30,296 nucleotides of DNA from an uncultured Candidatus Rokubacteria bacterium (GTDB lineage: Bacteria > Methylomirabilota > Methylomirabilia > Rokubacteriales > CSP1-6), in NCBI GenBank assembly GCA_963747235.1, contig CAVVEU010000019.1, positions 1 to 30,296 on the forward strand, in the 5' to 3' direction. A program made the translations under genes and the position numbers. The notes under the pieces were generated by a model, which made no database searches, had not been told where the DNA came from, and saw only the letters and a program-made list of their open reading frames with translations. Within the stretch, counting starts at the first letter, position 1. Every line of letters begins with the position of its first letter. This document shows, piece after piece, positions 17,552 to 25,269 of this stretch.

Positions 17552-17927
17552 ATGAAGGTACTCATCAAGAGCGCCTGGGGCTCGGCGGATCCGACGCAAG
17601 CGTCGTTTCCCTTCCATCACGCCAACGCTTTGCCGAGGCCGGCATGAGGTCCAGATCTTCTTCTCGGCGAGGCGGTCATCTCATGCGGGCGGCGGTGGCC
17701 GGCTCCGTGGTTCCCGTCGGATGGGCCCCGCTGTCGAGGCGCTGGCGAAGACCATCGGCCATCGCGTCCCGATTCATGTGTGAGGCGCCTGCTCACGGGC
17801 CCGTGGGGTCCTGGATACCGATCTGGTCGGCAAGAATGCCAGCTTCTCCGATCCGACCATATTCGTCGGCCTGGTCGAGTGGGCGGACAAGGTTCTCACG
17901 AGAGGGGAGAGGCTGAATGACTCCTGA
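17552..17927 (+). CDS. DsrE-like protein with UxxC motif (selenoprotein candidate, TGA 17781-17783); about five single-base deletions
   Basis: Reconstructed: MKVLIKSAWGSADPTQASFPFHHANAxAEAGHEVQIFxLGEAVxLMRAAVAGSVVPVGWAPLxEALAKTIGHRVPIHV-U-GAC-SRARGV..IFVGLVEWADKVLT. Not called in the ORF track. The 3' end may be about 17905. Confidence 0.75.
17784..17810 (+). promoter_or_regulatory. possible SECIS hairpin
   Basis: CUCACG(17792-97)/CGUGGG(17802-07) stem with a GGCC loop starting 14 nt after the UGA; weak lower pairing GGC/GUC. Confidence 0.5.
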
Positions 17928-18387
17928 GCATCGTGTACTGATCGAGCGGATCCGGTCGTCGGCCGCCGTCGTGCGACGGGCGGTCGAGACCGCGCCGCCC
18001 GCGCGATTCGACGTGGCGCCCAAGGCCGGGGAGTGGTCGGCGCTGGAGACGCTGACCCACCTGCGCGACGTCATCGTCTTCGTCTACGGGCTCCGGATGC
18101 GGCGGCTCTTCCACGAGAACGCGCCGCTCTTCGCCGACTTCGACGAGGAGGGCTATCGCGCCGCCAGCCTCGCGCGGGGCGAGACGGCCGGAGCCCTCCT
18201 GGACACGATCGTCGCCGAGCACGAGCAGCTCGCGCGCCTCCTCCAGACCTTGCCCGACGCCGACTGGGCGCGGGAGGGACGCCATCCGGCGTACGGCGTC
18301 ATGTCCATCGAGTTCCTCGCCCGGCGCGTGGGCGAGCACGCCGAGGAGCACGCGGCGCAGATCGTGGACGCGGCGCGGGCCCGCTGA
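17917..18387 (+). CDS. DinB family protein
   Basis: GEWSALETLTHLRD, WAREGRHP.YG and HAEEHAAQI His motifs. Confidence 0.88.
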   Translation: MTPEHRVLIERIRSSAAVVRRAVETAPPARFDVAPKAGEWSALETLTHLRDVIVFVYGLRMRRLFHENAPLFADFDEEGYRAASLARGETAGALLDTIVAEHEQLARLLQTLPDADWAREGRHPAYGVMSIEFLARRVGEHAEEHAAQIVDAARAR

Positions 18388-18394
18388 GCCTGGG

Positions 18395-19372
18395 ATGATT
18401 CGTCGTCGCGCGTTCCTGGGCATGTTCGGGGCGGCCCTTGCCCTCCGGCCGACGGGCGCGCCGGGCCAGGCGCCCGCGAGGCCGCCGCGCATCGGCTGGC
18501 TGACGAGCAGCGTGGTCCACACCCGGAACGTCGACGCGTTCCGGCGGGAGATGCAGGCCCTCGGCTATCGGGACATCAACCTCGAGGTCCGGGCGGCGGA
18601 GGGGAAGATGGACCGGCTACCCGCGCTGGCCGCCGCGCTCTCGGCGCTCCCGCTGGACGTGATCGTGACCGACGGCGGGCCCGCGGCCGTCGCGGCCAAG
18701 GGCGCCACCAGCACGATTCCCATCGTCATCGGCGCCGCCGCGATCGATCTGGTGCAGCAGGGTGTGGTGGCGAGCCTGGCGCGGCCCGGCGGTAACGTGA
18801 CCGGTTTCCTGATCTCCACGGGGCACGAGCTGGACGGCAAGCGGCTCGAGCTGCTGCGCGAGGCGCTGCCGTCGCTGGCGCGGGTGGCCGTGGTCTGGAA
18901 CCCGCGCAACGACGCGAACCCGCACAAGCTGGCGAGCCTCGAGACCCCGGCCCGGGCCCTCGGCGTCCAGCTCGAGAGCGTCCAGGCCCGCGACGTCCAG
19001 GACATCGAGCGGGCGCTCGGCGGCGCGGGCCGGCGGCGCGTGGACGCGATGCTGGCCCTGGCCGACGCCTACCTCTGGAGTCAGCGCGAGCGCATCGTGG
19101 CGGTGGCGGCCCGGCACCGGCTGCCCGCGATGTACCCGGAGCTGGAGTTCAGCGAGGCAGGCGGCCTGATGGCGTACGGGCCGTCCGTGGCCGACAACTT
19201 CCGCCGCGCGGCGGGCTACGTTGACCGCATCCTGAAAGGCGCGAAGCCCGCGGACCTGCCGATCGAGCAGCCGGCCACGCTCGAGCTCATGATCAACCTC
19301 AAGGCCGCCCGCGCCCTCGGGCTGACGCTCCCGCAGTCGCTCCTCGTGCGCGCGGCGCACGTGATCGAGTGA
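18395..19372 (+). CDS. ABC transporter substrate-binding protein (ABC_sub_bind type), orphan
   Basis: RRRAFL signal; TSTIPIV, SLARPGGNVTG, GKRLELLRE, GGLMAYG, YVDRILKGAKPADLPIEQP, INLKAARALGL. Confidence 0.92.
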   Translation: MIRRRAFLGMFGAALALRPTGAPGQAPARPPRIGWLTSSVVHTRNVDAFRREMQALGYRDINLEVRAAEGKMDRLPALAAALSALPLDVIVTDGGPAAVAAKGATSTIPIVIGAAAIDLVQQGVVASLARPGGNVTGFLISTGHELDGKRLELLREALPSLARVAVVWNPRNDANPHKLASLETPARALGVQLESVQARDVQDIERALGGAGRRRVDAMLALADAYLWSQRERIVAVAARHRLPAMYPELEFSEAGGLMAYGPSVADNFRRAAGYVDRILKGAKPADLPIEQPATLELMINLKAARALGLTLPQSLLVRAAHVIE

Positions 19373-19440
19373 CCGGCACGTTTCCGCGGGAACGTGGCTG
19401 ACCTCGTCCCGCACGGATTGGCTGGGGTCCAAGGGGACCG

Positions 19441-20242
19441 ATGACTGCCGCGCCGACTGAGGCCTGGGGATCCGGCGACGCCTACGAGCAGTACGTCGGC
19501 CGATGGAGCCGCAAGGTGGCGGCCGAGCTGCTGCGCTGGCTGGCGCCCGCGCGTGGCCTCACCTGGGCGGACGTCGGCTGCGGGACCGGCGCCCTGTCGG
19601 AGACCATCCTGGCGACCTGCGAGCCCGCGGCGATCGAGGGCGTGGACACGTCCGAGGGATTCGTGGCCGCGGCGCGGCAGCGCCTCCGCGACCCCCGTGT
19701 CCGGCTGAACACCGGTGACGCGACCCGCCTGCCGTGGGAGGCGCGCGCGTTCGACGTGACGGTCTCGGGCCTGGTCCTCAACTTCGTCCGCGACCACGCG
19801 GCCATGGCGCGCGAGATGATCCGCGTCACGAAGCCGGGCGGTCGCGTCTCCGCGTACGTCTGGGACTACGCGGGTGGCATGCAGATGATCCGCCACTTCT
19901 GGGACGCGGCGATCGCGGTGAACCCGGGTGACGCCAAGCTCGACCAGGCGGACCGGTTCCCGATCTGCCAGCCCGAGCCGCTGCGCGCGCTGTTCGAAGG
20001 CGCGGGGCTCCGCTCGGTGCATCGTTCGCGCCATCGACATCCCGACCGTCTTCCGGGACTTCGACGACTACTGGACCCCGTTCCTCGGCCGGCAGGGCTC
20101 GGCCCCGACCTACCTGGCCTCCGTGAGCGACGGCGCGCGGGAGAAGATCCGGGCGCACCTGAAGGCGCGGCTCGCGCCGGCCCAGGGCGAGCGCATCGAG
20201 CTGACCGCGCGGGCGTGGGCCGTTCAGGGTCTGGTGGGGTGA
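19441..20242 (+). CDS. class I SAM-dependent methyltransferase; frameshift near 20020
   Basis: YEQYVGRWS, DVGCGTG, GDATRLP, LVLNFV, KPGG..AYVWDY; C-terminus FRDFDDYWTPFLGRQG..LTARAWAVQG in ORF 19928..20242. Confidence 0.9.
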
Positions 20243-20261
20243 GCCGCCCGCGCGGGGTGTA

Positions 20262-20708
20262 CTAGGCCACCGCGGCGAGCTGGCCGATGATCGCCACGCA
20301 CGCCTCCGCCAGCTCCTTGCCCTTGGTGAGCATGTGCTGCGTGAAGAACTCCGCGTGGACCGCGTGCTCGTGGAAGTGGTGCGGGGTGAGCACGGCGGAC
20401 AGCACGGGCACATCCGTGTCCAGCGAGGTCTGCACGATGCCCTGCAGCACCGCCTGCGCCACGAAGTCGTGGCGGTAGATGCCGCCGTCGACGACGAGCC
20501 CGCTCGCGCACACCGCCGCGTAGCGGCCGGTGCGGGCGAGCTTCCGGGCCATGAGGGGAATCTCGAGGCTGCCGGGTACCGAGAAGAGCTCGACGTCGCC
20601 GGTCGCGTAGCCGTGCCTGGCCAGCTCGGCCATGAATGCCGTCCGGCAGTGGTCGGTGATGTCGGTGTGCCACGAGGCCTGAACGTAGGCGATCGGCTTC
20701 CGCGTCAT
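20262..20708 (-). CDS. ribH: 6,7-dimethyl-8-ribityllumazine synthase, type II (RibH2-like)
   Basis: QASWH, VPGSLEIPL, VVDGGIYRHDFVA, VLTPHHFHE (type II signature); GGAGG RBS. Confidence 0.92.
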   Translation of the reverse strand: MTRKPIAYVQASWHTDITDHCRTAFMAELARHGYATGDVELFSVPGSLEIPLMARKLARTGRYAAVCASGLVVDGGIYRHDFVAQAVLQGIVQTSLDTDVPVLSAVLTPHHFHEHAVHAEFFTQHMLTKGKELAEACVAIIGQLAAVA

Positions 20709-20739
20709 CGTGTTCCTCCCTGGGCGTGGTGTGGCCCGT

Positions 20740-20788
20740 AGTATAGACGGCCGGGCGCCTTGACGGAACGGGGCCGGCGGGGCAGAAT
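20740..20788. promoter_or_regulatory. divergent sigma70-like promoters
   Basis: + strand: TTGACG(20760-65)-N17-CAGAAT(20783-88), 12 nt before GTG 20801. - strand: TATACT(20745-40) upstream of ribH. Confidence 0.55.
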
Positions 20789-20800
20789 CTGACGACTCGC

Positions 20801-22333
20801 GTGCTTCCGGACAATCTCGGCTACATCTTCGACACCGCGCTGGCCCTGACTCCGTCCAAGCCGGCGGTCTTCCAGGGCGATGCCGTGCTGACCTACGCCG
20901 AGCTGGACGCCCGGGCCAACCGGATGGCCAATGCCCTGGCCGCGCTCGGCGTGAGCGCCGGCGATCGCGTGGCGCTGCTCTTCAACAACGACGTGCGCTT
21001 CCTCGAGACGCTCTTCGGCACGATGCGGCTCGGGGCGGTTGCGGTGCCGCTCAATATAAGGATGGGCGACGAGGCCCTCCGCTACGTGGCGGAGGATTCC
21101 GAGGCCGCGGTGCTGGTGGCCAACGCGGCGCTGGCCGAGCGCGGGCTGATGCTCGCCGCGCAGATCCCGGCCATCAAGCACGTGATCGCCGACGGGCCCG
21201 CGGCGGACGGCGCGCTGGCCTACGAGACGGTGCTGGCCGCCGCCGCGCCCACGCTGGCCCGCCGCGCCACCGCGTTCGACGAGACGTGCATGCAGCCCTA
21301 CACCTCGGGCTCCACCGGCAAGCCCAAGGGCGTGCTGCTGACCCACGGCGGGCAGCTCTGGAACTCCGACATCATGCGCAAGGCGCTGCTGGCCGACGAC
21401 ACCGAGCGCGCCCTGATCGCGGTGCCGCTCTACCACAAGAACGCGATGGTGGGGGCGGTGAAGCCGTTCCTGCTCGCGGGCGGCTCGCTCGTCATCCTGC
21501 CCGGCTTCGACGCGCTCGAGGTCATCCGCGCCATCGACCGCTACAAGGTGACGTATCTCACCGGCGTGCCCGCGATGTACAAGATGATCCTCGCCGAGAA
21601 GGACGCGCTCGGCCGTCACGACGTCACCAGCGTGCGCTACGCGGTGTGCGGCTCGGCCGAGGTGCCCGAGGAGCTGCTGGACGAGTTCCGCCGCGTCTTC
21701 GGCGCGCCGATCGGCGAGAGCTACGGGCTCACCGAGGGCGGCCCGGTGCCGATCGTCAACTCGCGCTGGGGGCTCAAGAAGCGCAACTCGTGCGGGCTGG
21801 CGTTCCCGGGCTGCGACGTCAAGCTGGTGGACGAGACCGAGCGCGAGGTCGGCGTGGAGGAAGTCGGCGAGCTGGTCACCCGCAACCCGGGGCTGGCCAA
21901 GGGCTACTGGAAGCTGCCGGAGGCGACGGCCAAGAAGTTCCGCGGCGGCTGGCTCTACACCGGCGACCTCATGCGCCGCGACGCCGACGGCTACTACTAC
22001 TTCGTCGGGCGCCGCGACGACATGATCAACGTGGCGGGCGAGAACGTGTACCCCAAGGAAGTGGAGGACATCCTGCTCCAGCATCCGAACCTGCGCGACG
22101 CCTGCGTGGTGCCGGCGCCCCACGACGTGAAGGGCGAGGTGCCGATCGCCTTCGTCGTGGCCCGCGAAGCGGGCCGGACCACGGAAGACGACGTGCGCCG
22201 CTTCTTCCTGGAGCGCGGCGCGCCCTACGCGCACCCGCGACGCGTCGTCTTCCTGGACGCGCTGCCGCTCGGCGGCACCGGCAAGATCGATCGCACCGCC
22301 CTCAAGGCGCGCGCGAAGGAGACCGCCCAGTGA
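20801..22333 (+). CDS. class I adenylate-forming acyl-CoA ligase
   Basis: YTSGSTGKPKG, YGLTE, TGD, GRRDDMI..GENVYP, GTGKIDR. Confidence 0.95.
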   Translation: MLPDNLGYIFDTALALTPSKPAVFQGDAVLTYAELDARANRMANALAALGVSAGDRVALLFNNDVRFLETLFGTMRLGAVAVPLNIRMGDEALRYVAEDSEAAVLVANAALAERGLMLAAQIPAIKHVIADGPAADGALAYETVLAAAAPTLARRATAFDETCMQPYTSGSTGKPKGVLLTHGGQLWNSDIMRKALLADDTERALIAVPLYHKNAMVGAVKPFLLAGGSLVILPGFDALEVIRAIDRYKVTYLTGVPAMYKMILAEKDALGRHDVTSVRYAVCGSAEVPEELLDEFRRVFGAPIGESYGLTEGGPVPIVNSRWGLKKRNSCGLAFPGCDVKLVDETEREVGVEEVGELVTRNPGLAKGYWKLPEATAKKFRGGWLYTGDLMRRDADGYYYFVGRRDDMINVAGENVYPKEVEDILLQHPNLRDACVVPAPHDVKGEVPIAFVVAREAGRTTEDDVRRFFLERGAPYAHPRRVVFLDALPLGGTGKIDRTALKARAKETAQ

Positions 22334-22749
22334 GCGGGACGGACCTGTCCAAGCTCGGCTTCAGCCACTCGCCGTTCATGCGCTTCCTCGGGCTCGAGAT
22401 CATCGCGGCCGAGAAGGGCAAGGTCGAGATCCGCCTGCCGTACCGGGAGGAGTTCATCCGGGTCGACGGCTCCGACTGGCTGCACGGCGGCGTCGTCAGC
22501 GCGCTGGCCGACATCGCGGGCGACTACGCGGTGATGACCGAGACCGCGCCGGGCGTGCCGACGATCGACATGCGCGTGGATTACCTGCGGCCCGCGCGGC
22601 GCGGCGACCTGACCGCGGTCGGCAAGACGGTGCGCGTGGGCAAGACGATCTGCGTGGCCGACGTGGAGATTCGCGACTCGATGGGCACGCTGGTCGCGGT
22701 CGGCCGCGCGTGCTACGCTTCGCCGCGACCCGCCAAGGAGGGACCATGA
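22330..22749 (+). CDS. PaaI family thioesterase
   Basis: GTGA overlap; SPFMRFLG, LHGGVVSALAD, TIDMRVDYLRP. Confidence 0.92.
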   Translation: MSGTDLSKLGFSHSPFMRFLGLEIIAAEKGKVEIRLPYREEFIRVDGSDWLHGGVVSALADIAGDYAVMTETAPGVPTIDMRVDYLRPARRGDLTAVGKTVRVGKTICVADVEIRDSMGTLVAVGRACYASPRPAKEGP

Positions 22750-23252
22750 GCACCCCGATGCCCCCCGACAACCTGAACGAGATCGGTGTCCTCAAGCGCC
22801 GCGAGATCGAGGCGCGCGTGCTGATGCCGGTGCTGGAAGCGCTCGGCGCCAAGTTCGGCCACGAGCAGGTGTTCGCGACCGCGCGGAACGTCATCATCGA
22901 CGTGGCGCGCGCGCAGGGCAAGGAATTGGCCTCACGCATGGGCGGCGACACCCTCGGCCATTTCGCCACCGCGCTGGAGGACTGGAAGAAGGGCGACGCC
23001 TACCGCATGGACGTGCTCGAGCAGACCGAGGAGAAGTTCTCGTTCAACGTCACGCGCTGCCGCTACGCCGAGATGTACCGCGCGCTCGGCATCCCCGAGG
23101 TGGGCGCGCTGCTCTCGTGCAACCGCGACTTCTCGCTGGTCGAGGGGTTCAACCCCGCGGTGAAGCTGACGCGCACGCAGACCGTGATGGAAGGCGCCTC
23201 GCACTGCGATTTTCGCTTCGAGCTGAGCCGGCCGACGAGCGACGCGAAGTAA
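22746..23252 (+). CDS. L-2-amino-thiazoline-4-carboxylic acid hydrolase (ATC_hydrolase) family protein
   Basis: GGAGG RBS and ATGA overlap; RREIEA, FNVTRCRYAEMY, LSCNRD, LTRTQTVMEGASHCDFRF. Confidence 0.85.
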   Translation: MSTPMPPDNLNEIGVLKRREIEARVLMPVLEALGAKFGHEQVFATARNVIIDVARAQGKELASRMGGDTLGHFATALEDWKKGDAYRMDVLEQTEEKFSFNVTRCRYAEMYRALGIPEVGALLSCNRDFSLVEGFNPAVKLTRTQTVMEGASHCDFRFELSRPTSDAK

Positions 23253-23344
23253 CGCCCGCGGGCACCCGTCGCACGTCCGCCGTCGGGGATGACGACGTCC
23301 GAAAACCGCCAGACGCCGGCCGCCCGCCAGGGGAGTATCGCGCC

Positions 23345-24796
23345 ATGGACCTCGATCACGATGCGTGCTACCGCGCGATCGAGCTGCGCGATGCTCGGTT
23401 CGACGGCCGCTTCTTCGTCGCCGTAAAGACGACCGGCACCTACTGCCGCCCGGTCTGTCCGGCGCGCACGCCGCGCTCGGAGAACGTGACCTTCTATCCC
23501 ACGGCGGCCGCGGCCCAGGAGGCCGGGTTCCGCCCGTGCTTGCGGTGCCGGCCGGAGACGGCGCCGGACAAGGGCGCCTGGCGGGGCACGTCGAACACGG
23601 TGTCCCGCGCGCTGGCGCTCATCGAGCTGGGCGCCCTGGACGAGGGGGGTGTCGACGCCCTGGCCGGCCGCCTGGGCCTGGGCGAGCGGCAGCTCCGGCG
23701 CCTGTGTCGGCAGCACCTCGGGGCCTCACCGATCGCGGTGGCGCAGACCCATCGCGTGCTGCTCGCGAAGCAGCTCATTCACGAGACGTCGCTCCCGATG
23801 GCCGAGGTCGCGTTCGCCTCGGGCTTCGGCAGTATCCGCCGGTTCAACGAGACGTTCCTGGCGCTGTACGGTCGTGCGCCGTGCACCCTGCGGCGCGGGA
23901 GCGCCCCGGAGATTTCGGCCGGCCCCGGGGGCGAGATCAGCCTGCTCCTGCGCTATCAGCCGCCCTACGATTGGCCGGGCATGCTGGCGTTTCTGCGGCG
24001 CCGGGCGGTATCCGGCATCGAGCGAGTGAGCGAGCGCTGCTACGCGCGAACCATCGAGCTGGACGGGCGGCAGGGGATGGTGTCCGTTCGACCTGAGGCC
24101 GGGCATGCGCTGCGCGCGAGGATCCGATTCCCCAAGCTGTCCGCGCTGCCCGGCATCATCGCGCGGCTGCGGCGCGTCTTCGACCTGGCCGCCGATCCAC
24201 TCCCCATCGCAGCGCATCTCGCAAAGGATCCGGCGCTGGCGCCGCTGGTGGCGGCGCGGCCGGGTTTGCGGGTGGCCGGAGCATGGGACGGCTTCGAGCT
24301 GGCGATTCGCGCGGTGCTGGGACAGCAGATCTCCGTCGTCGCCGCGGTCCGTCTGGCCGGGCGCCTGGTCGACATGTACGGGGCGCCCCTGGCGGAACCG
24401 GATCACGAGCTGACCCACGTCTTCCCGCGGCCGGAGGTCCTGGCGCGCGCGGACCTGACGACCCTCGGCATGCCGAGGAGCCGGGCGGCCACGCTATCCG
24501 CCGTGGCGGCCGCCGTCGTCGCCGATCCGGACGTCCTGTGCGCCAGCCGCGGGCTCGACGAGGCGATCCGGCGGCTGCGAGTCATCCCGGGAGTGGGCGA
24601 ATGGACCGCCCACTACATCGCCCTGCGCCAGCTCCGGGAGCCGGATGCCTTTCCCGCCGCCGACGTCGGGCTCGGGGGCGCGCTCGCTCGTCTGGAAGGC
24701 CGACGGCTGTCGTCACGTGAGCTCGTTGCCCGGGCCGATGCGTGGCGGCCGTGGCGCGCCTATGCCGCTCAGCACCTCTGGGCGTCGCTCCAATGA
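23345..24796 (+). CDS. alkA: Ada-N/AraC/AlkA fusion (DNA-3-methyladenine glycosylase II with Ada regulatory domain)
   Basis: RDARFDG.FF..VKTTG.YCRPVCPAR, GFRPCLRCRP, SGFGSIRRFN, RAVLGQQIS, HhH PGVGEWTA, DAFP, WRPWRAYAAQHLW. Confidence 0.93.
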   Translation: MDLDHDACYRAIELRDARFDGRFFVAVKTTGTYCRPVCPARTPRSENVTFYPTAAAAQEAGFRPCLRCRPETAPDKGAWRGTSNTVSRALALIELGALDEGGVDALAGRLGLGERQLRRLCRQHLGASPIAVAQTHRVLLAKQLIHETSLPMAEVAFASGFGSIRRFNETFLALYGRAPCTLRRGSAPEISAGPGGEISLLLRYQPPYDWPGMLAFLRRRAVSGIERVSERCYARTIELDGRQGMVSVRPEAGHALRARIRFPKLSALPGIIARLRRVFDLAADPLPIAAHLAKDPALAPLVAARPGLRVAGAWDGFELAIRAVLGQQISVVAAVRLAGRLVDMYGAPLAEPDHELTHVFPRPEVLARADLTTLGMPRSRAATLSAVAAAVVADPDVLCASRGLDEAIRRLRVIPGVGEWTAHYIALRQLREPDAFPAADVGLGGALARLEGRRLSSRELVARADAWRPWRAYAAQHLWASLQ

Positions 24797-25269
24797 GGAA
24801 GCGCTACGGCGTCGTGAGCGTCGACCAGCAACGGACGATGAGCGGCCTGGAGTTCGTGCAGGGCCTCGTCAGCGGCACGCTGCCGCTGAACAGCATGGCG
24901 GAAACGCTCGGCTATGACATCGTCGAGGCCGAGAGCGGCCGCGTGGCCATCGCGGCCGAGCCGACCGCCGCGCACCGCAACCCGGCCGGCACCGTCCACG
25001 GCGGCCTGGCCGCGACGCTGCTCGACTCCTGCATGGGGCTGGCGGTCCACTCGACGCTGGAGAAAGGATTCGGCCAGACGACGCTCGAGTTCAAGATCTC
25101 GCTCCTGCGGGTGGTCACGCCGGAGACTGGCCCGGTGCGCGCCGAGGGCCGCGTCATCTCCCGGGGCCGGCGCATCGGCACCGCGGAAGGCCGATTGACC
25201 GACGCCGAGGGGCGCCTCCTCGCGCACGGCACCACCACCTGCCTCATCTTCGAGTACCAGAGCGGGTGA
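24793..25269 (+). CDS. PaaI family thioesterase
   Basis: ATGA overlap; SGLEF, NPAGTVHGGLAATLLDSCMG, TLEFKIS, LLAHGTTTCL. Confidence 0.92.
   Translation: MRKRYGVVSVDQQRTMSGLEFVQGLVSGTLPLNSMAETLGYDIVEAESGRVAIAAEPTAAHRNPAGTVHGGLAATLLDSCMGLAVHSTLEKGFGQTTLEFKISLLRVVTPETGPVRAEGRVISRGRRIGTAEGRLTDAEGRLLAHGTTTCLIFEYQSG

Noticed and set aside
17901-17912. AGAGGGGAGAGG as a fourth REP copy
   Set aside because: The complementary arm is absent; it is more simply the purine-rich RBS of the DinB gene.
5424-18387. Other TGA stops (SDR 5424, DUF4864 14716, ACAD 15971, DinB 18385) as Sec codons or evidence of genetic code 4/25
   Set aside because: They fall at normal family C-termini with no redox motif, and Trp is encoded by TGG throughout, so UGA recoding is site-specific.
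19377-19396. CACGTTTC/GGAACGTG hairpin after the ABC binding protein
   Set aside because: No U-tract and only a single copy, so it cannot be called a terminator or repeat.
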